A DNA stretch of 64,000 nt from contig CAWEXU010000009.1 in the NCBI GenBank assembly GCA_963813075.1, positions 15,432 through 79,431 of the forward strand, given 5' to 3'. The translations under genes and the position numbers were made by a program. Positions 43,808 through 52,869 of the stretch are shown in pieces. The notes beneath the pieces were generated by a model. That model was not told where the DNA came from and did not search any database. It was given only the letters and a program-made list of their open reading frames with translations. How positions within the stretch are numbered: position 1 is the first letter of the stretch; every line of letters starts with the position of its first letter. The stretch comes from Methanotrichaceae archaeon. GTDB lineage: Archaea; Halobacteriota; Methanosarcinia; Methanotrichales; Methanotrichaceae.

Positions 43808-44647
43808 TCAGTCTCCTATATCTTGATCTGCTACTCTCTCTTGATTTGGGTCTTCGCTCTCTTTTATCTTTTCAGCTTTATCCTTCTCGATCCGGGCATA
43901 GATCTCCTCGGATGAGCCTATGGAATACTTTTTTTGAAAATAATGGACGATATTGGCAACGTCGCGCTCCAGGAACCTTCTGGCCATGGGATGGTCCAGG
44001 GTGACTGATTGTCCCATATCGATTATCACCGGCTCGCCATCATCGTAGAGGATATTAAACTCGCTCAGGTCGGCATGAACCAGACCGGCCTGATTATAGA
44101 GCAGGGACATGTATTCTACGATCTTCTGGTAGATGCGCTCGGCCTCTATGGATTCCAGCTCGACATCCTTCAGAGGGGGTGCAACATGATCTCCCGCGCC
44201 GACCAGGTCCATCACCAGAATATTCTCTTTCATAGCGATGGCATGGGGCACCCGCACACCAACCTCTTCGGCCCGCAGGAGGTTGCGGTACTCCTTGCGG
44301 GTCCAGGCGGCGACGATAGCTCTTTTCGTGCCCTTGACGCTTCCAAATCTCGGATCGCCATGCAGGTAATCCTGCATCACATTGAAGTTGCTGGTAGAAA
44401 TGCGATAGATCTTGAGGGCAAGCTCTTTGCTGCCCACCAGAGCCCGGAATATATTTGCCTCTTTTCCGGTGCAGATGGACCCTCCAAGGGCATCGATGAC
44501 CCCCTTGCTGGCCATGCTGTAAAGGTCCATCAGGGTTCGCTTGTCAAAGACTGCATCCTGGACATTCTGGTCATCGGAGTTTTTGATCCTGGTACGAAGA
44601 ACATCAACGCGGGTATCAAAATCTTCATCCTTGCTGCGCCTGCTCAT
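43808..44647 (-). CDS. rio1: RIO1 kinase/ATPase
   Basis: TGKEANIF, LVHADLSEFNIL, IDMGQSV. Confidence 0.93.
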   Translation of the reverse strand: MSRRSKDEDFDTRVDVLRTRIKNSDDQNVQDAVFDKRTLMDLYSMASKGVIDALGGSICTGKEANIFRALVGSKELALKIYRISTSNFNVMQDYLHGDPRFGSVKGTKRAIVAAWTRKEYRNLLRAEEVGVRVPHAIAMKENILVMDLVGAGDHVAPPLKDVELESIEAERIYQKIVEYMSLLYNQAGLVHADLSEFNILYDDGEPVIIDMGQSVTLDHPMARRFLERDVANIVHYFQKKYSIGSSEEIYARIEKDKAEKIKESEDPNQERVADQDIGD

Positions 44648-44663
44648 GATTTGTCTATCCGGC

Positions 44664-44984
44664 CTATGAAGAGCCCTTCAGAAAACCTTTGCGCTGCAGC
44701 CAGTCCACCTGGGGGCCGGTGTATCTCCAGACCACATCCGCCTTCTCATTCTGGAACTCCCAGGGGATGATTATGACCACGTCGCCCTCTCGGATCCAGA
44801 TCCTCTTCTTCATCTTTCCCGGTATGCGGGCCATCCTGGTTACGCCATCCAGGCCTCTTACCTTGATGCGATTGGAGCCAAGCAGGCTTTCCACATGACC
44901 GAATATCTCTCTATCCTGTTTGCGGGGGAGGCGAACCCTGGTTATTACTGCTCCTTCCTCCGCACCATGACCTCTATTGTACAG
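44664..44984 (-). CDS. eif1A: Translation initiation factor aIF-1A, probable CTG start
   Basis: [16 protein letters not shown]; conserved RVRLP N-terminus upstream of the track's GTG; GAGGTGA SD 4 nt before the CTG. Confidence 0.92.
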   Translation of the reverse strand: MYNRGHGAEEGAVITRVRLPRKQDREIFGHVESLLGSNRIKVRGLDGVTRMARIPGKMKKRIWIREGDVVIIIPWEFQNEKADVVWRYTGPQVDWLQRKGFLKGSS

Positions 44985-45164
44985 CTTATCACCTCAAATA
45001 ATAATTGCAGATTTTTGATTAGATGCCGGATCGATTGGGACCGTCCGCAGGATTGAATCGCTATCTGGCCCATTTGCAGCCAGAATCGCCTGATCCCGCG
45101 TCCCGCACATCTCAGTTGAAAATGGCGCTTAAATAGTTAAAGCTTGTGTCGATCCAAATCCTAA

Positions 45165-45238
45165 TGGGCCCGACGCGATTCGAACGCGTGATCCCCGCCG
45201 TGTGAAGGCGATGTCATAACCAGCTAGACCACAGGCCC
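45165..45238 (-). tRNA. tRNA-Val(CAC)
   Basis: GGGCCTGTGGTCTAGCTGG...CCTT-CAC-ACGG...GTTCGAATC...GGGCCCA cloverleaf. Confidence 0.95.
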
Positions 45239-45360
45239 TCGGAGAAAGGAAGTAAGGCATCAGATATTAGTATCTTGCCCTAGGAGGAAAATCCCCGAGC
45301 CGATTTTAGGGCTAAACCTGGGAATTATTTAAATACTAATTCGCGAGCTTAATTAAATGA

Positions 45361-46140
45361 ATGAGTCAGATCTTCAGAAATCCTGTTTATCTCCTGTACG
45401 AGCGGCTGCTCAAGGCTCAGATCCTGGCCGGAGCGCCGGTGGAGCATGTGGCGATAATTCAGGATGGAAACCGCAGGTATGCCAGGCAGAAGGGTCTCTC
45501 GAAACTTATTGGCCACAGTCTGGGAGCGGAGACCTCAGAGAAGGTATCGGACTGGTGCCTGGAGATGGGGGTGCGGCATCTGACCCTCTATGCCTTTTCC
45601 ACGGAGAACTTCACCCGGGAGGAGTCGGAGAAGCGATACCTGTTCGATTTAATAAAAAAGAAGTTCAATGACCTGAAAAACTCAAAGAAAATTCACAACA
45701 ATAAGGTCCGGGTGCGGGCTATAGGCAGGCTGGAGATGCTGCCCGAGGACCTGCGAGAAGAGATCCGCTCAACCGAGGAAGCGACAAAGGATTACGGGAG
45801 GATGTATCTGAATGTGGCCCTGGCTTATGGCGGCCAGAGGGAGCTGGTGGATGCAGCCCGCTCTTTAGCCCGCCTGGTGGAGAAAGGTGTGATCAGGGCA
45901 AAGGATTGCAACGAGCAGGTCATCGCCCAGCACCTCTATCCTCAAAACGGAATTCCCGTACCCAAAGTCAATCTGATCATCAGGACGGCAGGGGATTTTC
46001 GCACCTCGAACTTTCTCCCCTGGCAGGCCAATGGCAATGAATGCGCCGCCTACTTTTGCGCTCCTTTTTGGCCGGAGTTCCGGAAGATCGACTTTCTGCG
46101 GGCTATCAGGACCGCCCAGACCAGGACATCATGCCAATAA
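45361..46140 (+). CDS. uppS: cis-prenyltransferase (undecaprenyl-diphosphate synthase)
   Basis: IQDGNRR, YAFSTENF, RTSNFLPWQ. Confidence 0.95.
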   Translation: MSQIFRNPVYLLYERLLKAQILAGAPVEHVAIIQDGNRRYARQKGLSKLIGHSLGAETSEKVSDWCLEMGVRHLTLYAFSTENFTREESEKRYLFDLIKKKFNDLKNSKKIHNNKVRVRAIGRLEMLPEDLREEIRSTEEATKDYGRMYLNVALAYGGQRELVDAARSLARLVEKGVIRAKDCNEQVIAQHLYPQNGIPVPKVNLIIRTAGDFRTSNFLPWQANGNECAAYFCAPFWPEFRKIDFLRAIRTAQTRTSCQ

Positions 46141-46177
46141 GCTTAATAACCTGAAGCATGCCATGAGGGATGTTCTT

Positions 46178-46267
46178 GTCCCGATGGGGTAGTGGATATC
46201 CCGGAGGCCTGCGGAGCATCTTTCGCGCAGAGAGCCTTCAACCCGGGTTCGAATCCCGGTCGGGACG
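46178..46267 (+). tRNA. tRNA-Arg(GCG) with 18-nt intron at 37/38 (46215-46232)
   Basis: Acceptor GTCCCGA/TCGGGAC, T-loop GTTCGAATC; BHB with CTGC pairing gcag and bulges GGa and agA. Confidence 0.92.
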
Positions 46268-46353
46268 CTCTCTTATAGAATTTCTACTGCCCCATTTCCA
46301 GGGATGCAGATAGGGCGATAGTTTAATACCGAGAAATGCCCAGGGGCTTATCG

Positions 46354-47139
46354 ATGCCTTGCATACTGGTGAGCAACGATGATGGGGTTTATGCCGCCGG
46401 TCTCGAAGCCGCGGCAAAGAGCGTTCAGGGTCTCGGAGAGGTGACAGTTGTCGCACCCTCCGGACAGAAGAGCGGCGTCGGCAGATCGATCTCCGTCTTC
46501 GAGCCGCTTCGCTATGCCGAGGTGAACCTGAACGGCTTTCGGGCTTATGCGGTCACCGGAACGCCGGTGGATTCAGTCATCATCGGCATCTTCGCCATCC
46601 TCAAGAGAATGCCCGATCTGGTCGTCAGTGGAATCAATGTGGGCGAGAACATCAGCACCGATACCGTCACCACCAGCGGGACCATAGGCGCAGCCCTGGA
46701 AGCGGCAAGCTACGGCATTCCCGCCATTGCCGCCTCCATTCAGGCCGTTGACCAGGGCGATAAGTTCGATATGCATCATGGGGCCAAGCACAGCTTTGAT
46801 GTGGCCACCTATTTTCTGCGCCGGGTGGCGAAAAGGGTCTTAGAGCACGGCCTTCCTGAAGGAGTGGATCTCTTAAACCTGAATGTCCCTGCCGGTGCCA
46901 GCGAGGATACGGAGATAAAGGTGACCCGCCTGGCGAAAAAGATATTTAAAACGGCAGTGCAGGAGCGTTTCGACCCCCGTGGCCGGCCCTACTACTGGAT
47001 TGATGGCGAATTGATATGCTGCGACGAGGAAGGGACTGACGTGCAGACCATCTATCAGGACAGGCTGGTGTCTCTGACCCCCCTCAGCCTGGATTCCACG
47101 GCCAGAATCGACCTGAAAGAGATAGAGTTGCTATTTTGA
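46354..47139 (+). CDS. surE: 5'/3'-nucleotidase SurE
   Basis: SNDDG, GTPVD, SGIN.G.N, SGTIGAA, DPRGRPYYW. Confidence 0.96.
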   Translation: MPCILVSNDDGVYAAGLEAAAKSVQGLGEVTVVAPSGQKSGVGRSISVFEPLRYAEVNLNGFRAYAVTGTPVDSVIIGIFAILKRMPDLVVSGINVGENISTDTVTTSGTIGAALEAASYGIPAIAASIQAVDQGDKFDMHHGAKHSFDVATYFLRRVAKRVLEHGLPEGVDLLNLNVPAGASEDTEIKVTRLAKKIFKTAVQERFDPRGRPYYWIDGELICCDEEGTDVQTIYQDRLVSLTPLSLDSTARIDLKEIELLF

Positions 47140-47183
47140 TCTCTATCTTGCCTTTAATCTGCACTCTTGCCTCTAATCTGCCC

Positions 47184-47750
47184 TCAAATCACTCCTTTGG
47201 TGCTGGGGATGCCCATTCCACCCAATGCCGCCGCCTGGCGCAGGGCCAGTCCCAGGGCCTTGAATATGCACTCCATCTTATGGTGGTCGTTCTCCCCGTA
47301 GAAGCGGATATGAACTGTCAGCCCGGCGGCAGAGCATAAGGCCTCCAGGAAGGGGACAAGGTGCGCAACCTCGAAGTCGCCGATCCTCTCCCCCCGAAAC
47401 TCTCCAGTGATGACCAGATAGGGCCGGCCGCTGAAGTCCAGGGCAACGTCTGCTTTGGATTCGTCCATGGGAACCGAGGCCGAGCCGTAACGGCATATAC
47501 CGCTCCTGTCCCCCAGGGCATCATCCAGGGCCAGGCCGATGGCCTCTCCCAAAGCCTGGGCTCTCCAGAAGCACTCATCCGCCTCCGCCACCAGGTCAAT
47601 ATTCGCCGTGCGGGCCAGGGAGACGAGCATGTGATCGAGAAATCCTGATCCAGAGGAAGCTTCCGCCCGGCCTGACCCGTCCAGGTTTATTTTTGCCTTG
47701 GCCCGGCAATCTCTGTACAATCCCGTTCCTTTTCCAGACCTTTTCGCCAT
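47184..47750 (-). CDS. hisB: Imidazoleglycerol-phosphate dehydratase
   Basis: GFLDHML, PMDES, GENDHHKMECIFKA, PSTKG; first HH motif degenerate. Confidence 0.88.
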   Translation of the reverse strand: MAKRSGKGTGLYRDCRAKAKINLDGSGRAEASSGSGFLDHMLVSLARTANIDLVAEADECFWRAQALGEAIGLALDDALGDRSGICRYGSASVPMDESKADVALDFSGRPYLVITGEFRGERIGDFEVAHLVPFLEALCSAAGLTVHIRFYGENDHHKMECIFKALGLALRQAAALGGMGIPSTKGVI

Positions 47751-47756
47751 TTGCCT

Positions 47757-48485
47757 TCACCTATCCCCAAGGGCTTGCAGGGTATCTGAGACGCTCAATT
47801 TTCCGGTGTAAATGGCAGTCCCGGCCACTGCTCCCGCCGCGCCCGTATCCCTCAGAGAGAGGACGTCCTCGATGGTGGTGACTCCACCGGCAGCGACAAC
47901 CGGTATCCTGAGGCTGGCCACCAGCTCTTGCGTGGGCTGGATATCGATTCCTCTCTCCCTGCCTTCAACATCGATGTTCGTGAAGAGAATGGAGCCCGCC
48001 CCCTTTTCCTCAAACAGTTTTCCCAAATCAACTGCCCTCCTCCCGAGCGTCTTTTGCCAGCCCTCGGTGGTTACATCCCCCCGCTTCACATCCAGGGCCA
48101 CCATAATTCTATCCCGGCCGTGCTCCTCTGCCAATAAGGCGACCATATCCGGATCCTTCAGGGCAGCAGTGCCCAGGATCACCCGGTCTACACCCAGGTC
48201 GAGGACCTCTCTTGCATCCTCTTCCGACCGGATGCCTCCCCCGACCTGGATATAGACGTCCTGCTCCTTTACGATCTGGGCCAGTATGGGGGCGTTCACC
48301 CTCTTGCCCTGGATCGCCCCATCCAGGTCGATGATGTGCAAGTGGTCGGCGCCTTCACCGATCCAGCGCTCCGCCTGAGCCAGGGGATTGTCCAGGGCCA
48401 CGACCTCTGTTCCCGGTACTCCCCCCACCAGCTGCACGCATTTGCCGCCTCGCAGGTCCACTGCGGGAAAGAATGCAAACCTCAT
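47757..48485 (-). CDS. hisA: ProFAR isomerase
   Basis: PAVDLRGGKCVQL, DLDGA, QVGGGIRS, LFTNID. Confidence 0.95.
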   Translation of the reverse strand: MRFAFFPAVDLRGGKCVQLVGGVPGTEVVALDNPLAQAERWIGEGADHLHIIDLDGAIQGKRVNAPILAQIVKEQDVYIQVGGGIRSEEDAREVLDLGVDRVILGTAALKDPDMVALLAEEHGRDRIMVALDVKRGDVTTEGWQKTLGRRAVDLGKLFEEKGAGSILFTNIDVEGRERGIDIQPTQELVASLRIPVVAAGGVTTIEDVLSLRDTGAAGAVAGTAIYTGKLSVSDTLQALGDR

Positions 48486-48556
48486 AAAAGGCCAATTGGC
48501 ATCAAATAGACCTTAACCGTTTCGATGGTGAAAAAAAAGGGAGATCTCAATTGATC

Positions 48557-48790
48557 TCAATGGATTCTCGATCGGATGAGGCGAGCTGCTGCTAGTGCAC
48601 CTGCTGCTGCAAATAGAAACTCGAACCCGGGAGTGCTCTCCTCTTCAGATCCGCTTTCGCTCTCGCTGGAAGCCTCGTTCTCCTCCTCCTCATCCTCATC
48701 ATCGTCATCATCATCCTCGGCATAGATCGGTGCTGCCAATGCCATGATGGCGAAGAGGGCCAATAAGAGGGCCAATATGGACTTTCTCAT
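48557..48790 (-). CDS. Small polyacidic surface protein with PGF-CTERM-like sorting signal
   Basis: Signal peptide, D/E/S tract, TPGFE-TM-RLIRSR; GGAGGTG SD. Confidence 0.8.
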   Translation of the reverse strand: MRKSILALLLALFAIMALAAPIYAEDDDDDDEDEEEENEASSESESGSEEESTPGFEFLFAAAGALAAARLIRSRIH

Positions 48791-48993
48791 CTATTCACCT
48801 CCGGGTTTTATCCTAATTTCATCGTAGTTCATCCTTTCTCTTAAAAAAGCAGCCTCTGCGCAATAACCGCACCTAGCGCGCAAATGGCATCCATTGCACA
48901 ATAGCCTATAAATATCTAAAATAACATTGGTATAGGTAATTCGCATCCAATCGAGAAAACAGTGGAGAACAGACAGGCTGAAGGAGAATTGAT

Positions 48994-49689
48994 ATGGGCT
49001 TCCTAGAGCGGATGAGTGCTGTTGTGCAGGCAAAGATGAATAAAATCATGAACAAGATGGAGGACCCCAGAGAGGTCCTTGAGGTCTCTTACGAAAAGCA
49101 GCTGCAGCTATTGCAGAACGTCAAGAGAGGGGTGGCGGAGGTGGCCACTTCCAAGAAGAGGCTCGAGCTGCAGAAGGCCAAGCTGCAGATGAACATCGAT
49201 AAGCTTGATGGCCAGGCAAAGGAGGCCGTTGCTGCCAACCGGGAGGACCTGGCGCGAAAGGCCCTGGAGAGCAAGGCCATGATGCAGGCCCAACTGAACA
49301 CCCTGGACGGAGAGGTTATTGAGCTGAATAATCAGCAGCAGAAACTGCAGGCAGCTGAGGCCCGTCTGGCCACCAAGGTGGAGGCCTTCCGCACCAAGAA
49401 GGAGACCATCAAAGCCCAGTATACCGCCGCCGATGCCCAGGTCAAGATCACCGAGTCCGTGACCGGCATAAGCGAGGAGATGGCGGATGTGGGACTGGCG
49501 GTTCAAAGAGCAGAAGAAAAGACGGAGGATATGAAAGCCCGTTCTGCCGCTCTGGACGAACTCTTAGAGTCGGGAACACTCACCGACTACTCGGGAGGGG
49601 ATGAGATCGAAAGTGAACTGGCACGGGTCAAGGCCAAGAACACCGTCGATGAAGAGCTGGCCAAATTGAAGGCGGAGATGAACAAATGA
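48994..49689 (+). CDS. pspA: PspA/IM30 family protein
   Basis: EDPREVL, REDLARKAL, coiled coil. Confidence 0.92.
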   Translation: MGFLERMSAVVQAKMNKIMNKMEDPREVLEVSYEKQLQLLQNVKRGVAEVATSKKRLELQKAKLQMNIDKLDGQAKEAVAANREDLARKALESKAMMQAQLNTLDGEVIELNNQQQKLQAAEARLATKVEAFRTKKETIKAQYTAADAQVKITESVTGISEEMADVGLAVQRAEEKTEDMKARSAALDELLESGTLTDYSGGDEIESELARVKAKNTVDEELAKLKAEMNK

Positions 49690-49964
49690 TTATCAGAATC
49701 CTGGGAGAGGGTCAGTTCCGCTTTGATGACAGTCATCTGGGCGATCTGAATAGAATTGACAATCAGATAGTGGATCATGTAAAGCGTGGCGATCAAGACG
49801 GTTACCGTCAGGATTTGACCAGGATGATCTCCACGGTCAAAGAACTGGGCAAGCCCGTCACTGAATCGGAGATAATTCCCTCGGATATCATAGTCCCACC
49901 AGCCGACCTTTCATTCGAGGAGGCAAGAAATATCTTCTGCAATGATGGTCTTATCGAGGGCTGA
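49686..49964 (+). CDS. PspA-associated protein PspAA
   Basis: MIIRILGEGQF, PSDIIVPP.D; ATGA overlap with pspA. Confidence 0.82.
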   Translation: MIIRILGEGQFRFDDSHLGDLNRIDNQIVDHVKRGDQDGYRQDLTRMISTVKELGKPVTESEIIPSDIIVPPADLSFEEARNIFCNDGLIEG

Positions 49965-50011
49965 AGATAGCGCCTGCGAGGCATTGAGCCGCAAATTCTT
50001 TTTTTTGGAAA

Positions 50012-50944
50012 ATGAAAAACCATGATATAAAGACGGTCGAGCGGCGTTTTCTTTTCGCTATCCTCCTCACCTGCACCATCCTGGTAGTGGAGGCAGTGGG
50101 AAGCTGGTGGACCGGCAGCCTGGCTCTGCTTTCTGATGCTGCTCACGTCTTCCTGGACGTCTTCGCCATCCTCCTCAGCTGGCTGGCCATCCGCCTCTCG
50201 ACCATGCCGGCGGACGAGCAATACAGCTACGGGTTTCATCGCTTTGAGGTGATAGCATCCCTGGCCAACGGGCTTACACTGGGATTCGTCTCTTTAGGGA
50301 TACTGGTAGAGGCATATCACAGGCTGATAGAGCCGGCGCCGGTGAAGGGGCTTGACCTGCTCCTCATCGCGTCCTTCGGCCTGATGGTGAACCTGATTGT
50401 AGCCTATATCCTGGGCGGCGGTCACCTTCACCACCATGATCACGGCCCCCATCATTCTGAGGACCTCAATATCAGATCGGCGAGGCTCCATGTGCTGGGA
50501 GATGCCGCCGCCTCCTTAGGGGTCATTGTGGCGGGAATCGTCATCTGGAAGACGGGCTGGACCCAGGCCGATCCCATAGCCAGCATCATCATCAGCCTGA
50601 TAATATTCGCCAGCTCCTACCGGCTGATCAGGGATTCCTTCCGCATCATGATGGAGGGTGTTCCCGCATGCCTCAACCTGGAGGAGGTATCCAGGGCCAT
50701 CAGCAGCGTTCCCGGGGTGCTCCAGGTCCATGACCTCCATGTATGGGGAGTGTGCTCTGTCCATATCATTCTGAGCGCCCATGCGGTGGTCGAAGACCAG
50801 ATGATCTCCCAGGTGGAGACGATAATGGAGGAGATCAAAAGAAATCTGCACGACTTCTTCGGCATTGAGCATACCACCATTCAGCTTGAACAAAAGAGCT
50901 GCGGCCAGGGCAGCGTTGTGGCTGGCGAGGGCAAAGGGAAGTGA
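50012..50944 (+). CDS. Cation diffusion facilitator (CzcD/ZitB-like)
   Basis: SLALLSDAAH, His-rich loop, HVLGD, HDLHVW, HTTIQ. Confidence 0.94.
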   Translation: MKNHDIKTVERRFLFAILLTCTILVVEAVGSWWTGSLALLSDAAHVFLDVFAILLSWLAIRLSTMPADEQYSYGFHRFEVIASLANGLTLGFVSLGILVEAYHRLIEPAPVKGLDLLLIASFGLMVNLIVAYILGGGHLHHHDHGPHHSEDLNIRSARLHVLGDAAASLGVIVAGIVIWKTGWTQADPIASIIISLIIFASSYRLIRDSFRIMMEGVPACLNLEEVSRAISSVPGVLQVHDLHVWGVCSVHIILSAHAVVEDQMISQVETIMEEIKRNLHDFFGIEHTTIQLEQKSCGQGSVVAGEGKGK

Positions 50945-51002
50945 ATTCGTAAGGCTCGCAACCTGCCGGAGATAGGACTAAAAGCAGGACCCAATGCAGA
51001 AC

Positions 51003-52343
51003 TTAATGCAGGATTCCGTCCGACCTCATGAGGTCAAGGCACTTCATGACCGAGTATGCCGAGCGGTTGACCCCTGCGCTCCTCTTCTCGGTATCAGTTC
51101 CCACGCAGTACAGACTCTTCACCGGGGTCCTCACGTCACCGAATCCCATGTTCAATCCCCAGGATGCTTTCTCCGGTATCAATTCCTGGTAGTGAATCAT
51201 ATCGATATGATCCTCGATATCCGGGACCTTCTGGACGATTGACTGGAAGGCTTTCTTTTTTATCTCGGTTATGTCGTACTCCCCATCCAGGGTGAAGGCG
51301 ATGCCGACGAGCTGATTGCCTCTTGGAGCCAGTGTGGGATCATAGTTGGTGGTGGGGACCACCCAGGCATACGGATCCGAATCCACCCACATCTCTGAAC
51401 CGTAATTGAGAAACAGCCTCTTGGTCAGGCCCAGCCATATGGTAAGGGATTTAACCTTTCTGATCGAGGATAGGCTTTTGGTGTATTCCAAAGGTAAGCC
51501 GTCGATCAGATCCGGCAGCCTGGAAGAAAATCCCGAATATACCACCGTATCGCATTCATAGCTACCCCTATTGGTGATCACCTGGTCGGCCTGGATCAAC
51601 TGATCTGCTTGCCTTGCGCCATCGATCTTTACTACCCTCTCATCTGTAATTATCTTTACCCTGCCCTCAGGAAATGAGGAGGTGATGGAGTTTATCATCG
51701 ATTGGAGCCCGCCCATCGGATACCCCTGGTCCTTGGCCCCCTCGGTCATGAACAGGTCGTACAGCTTTCCCACATAGGGCACGGAATGGGTATTGTGGAT
51801 CTTATTGTCTATGAACCTGGAGATGGGAGCGTTAGTCGCTGATGTGCCCACCATGAAGTAGCACAGCCAGTCCATAAATCTCCTGGTGGTGCTGGATAGA
51901 GCATTGGGAAGGACGGCTGATAGAGGAATATTGGAGAAGTCCTTGCCCGAGTTCAAGAGATAGAGGATGTTGAAGAGCGCCCTCATCAAAAGCAGCCTGT
52001 CCGTCATGGGAATCAGGCTGAATGTCATCCAGGAGTTGATGCTCCAGGGAAAAGGCTTGACCTCGTCCCCTATTCTCACATAGTACTTTCCGAAGGGAGC
52101 AAACTGAGGAACGACCCGGAAGTACCTGTCCATCAGCACCTTGAGTGGGCCGCTCTCCAACCTGGTTATCGCATGAGGGCCTGTATCCAGGCGATAGCCA
52201 TCCACCTCATAAGACCTGCAGACCCCGCCGATACAGTCCTCTTTCTCCAAAATCAGTACGTTCTTTCCTTCCCGGGAAAGGGCGAGTGCAGTCAATAAGC
52301 CGCTGATCCCTGAGCCAATAACCACAACGTCATTCTTTTTCAT
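51003..52343 (-). CDS. FAD-dependent oxidoreductase (phytoene desaturase-like)
   Basis: GSGISGL, EK...GG, DTGPH, YPMGG, LYCVG. Confidence 0.85.
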   Translation of the reverse strand: MKKNDVVVIGSGISGLLTALALSREGKNVLILEKEDCIGGVCRSYEVDGYRLDTGPHAITRLESGPLKVLMDRYFRVVPQFAPFGKYYVRIGDEVKPFPWSINSWMTFSLIPMTDRLLLMRALFNILYLLNSGKDFSNIPLSAVLPNALSSTTRRFMDWLCYFMVGTSATNAPISRFIDNKIHNTHSVPYVGKLYDLFMTEGAKDQGYPMGGLQSMINSITSSFPEGRVKIITDERVVKIDGARQADQLIQADQVITNRGSYECDTVVYSGFSSRLPDLIDGLPLEYTKSLSSIRKVKSLTIWLGLTKRLFLNYGSEMWVDSDPYAWVVPTTNYDPTLAPRGNQLVGIAFTLDGEYDITEIKKKAFQSIVQKVPDIEDHIDMIHYQELIPEKASWGLNMGFGDVRTPVKSLYCVGTDTEKRSAGVNRSAYSVMKCLDLMRSDGILH

Positions 52344-52585
52344 AGATCATTATCCAATTTTTAATATCGACTCCAACCTTATTGTATCAGGATGCTTAAG
52401 CCTTTTGGCCCGGCGGGCAGTTTCAGAAAGAGCATTTATATCCAATAAGGTGATCTTGGGCCTGAAGACAAGAGATAGCGGAAAATGGCACAACAGGCCT
52501 TTTGCTTATGGGAATTCGATTCATCATGGGCAAAGATCGCAATAAAAAAAATGCCTAATCTAGCGGGTTTAATGTGTGGGATGAC

Positions 52586-52867
52586 ATGATCACCAGGGAA
52601 GATGTTGAGCACATCAGCTGGCTTGCCAGCATCAAGATCGAAGAGGAGGAGAAGGATGAGTTGGTGGAGCAGTTCAACTCCATTCTGGAGTATTTCCACC
52701 AGCTGGATATGGTGGACACAGAAGGGGTGGAGCCCACCTACCGGGTGGTTGACCTAGCCAATATCTTCAGAGAGGATGTGGCCAGAGGCTCACTCACTCA
52801 GGATGAGGCGCTTATTAATGCGCCGCGACGCGAAAACGGCTATTTCAAGAGCCCGAGGATAGTGTGA
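52586..52867 (+). CDS. gatC: Amidotransferase subunit C
   Basis: MITREDVEH, DTEGVEPT, NAP, YFKSPRI. Confidence 0.93.
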   Translation: MITREDVEHISWLASIKIEEEEKDELVEQFNSILEYFHQLDMVDTEGVEPTYRVVDLANIFREDVARGSLTQDEALINAPRRENGYFKSPRIV

Positions 52868-52869
52868 TT

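Noticed and set aside
45165..46267. tRNA-integrated element
   Set aside because: No integrase and no duplicated tRNA 3' end; flanking genes are core
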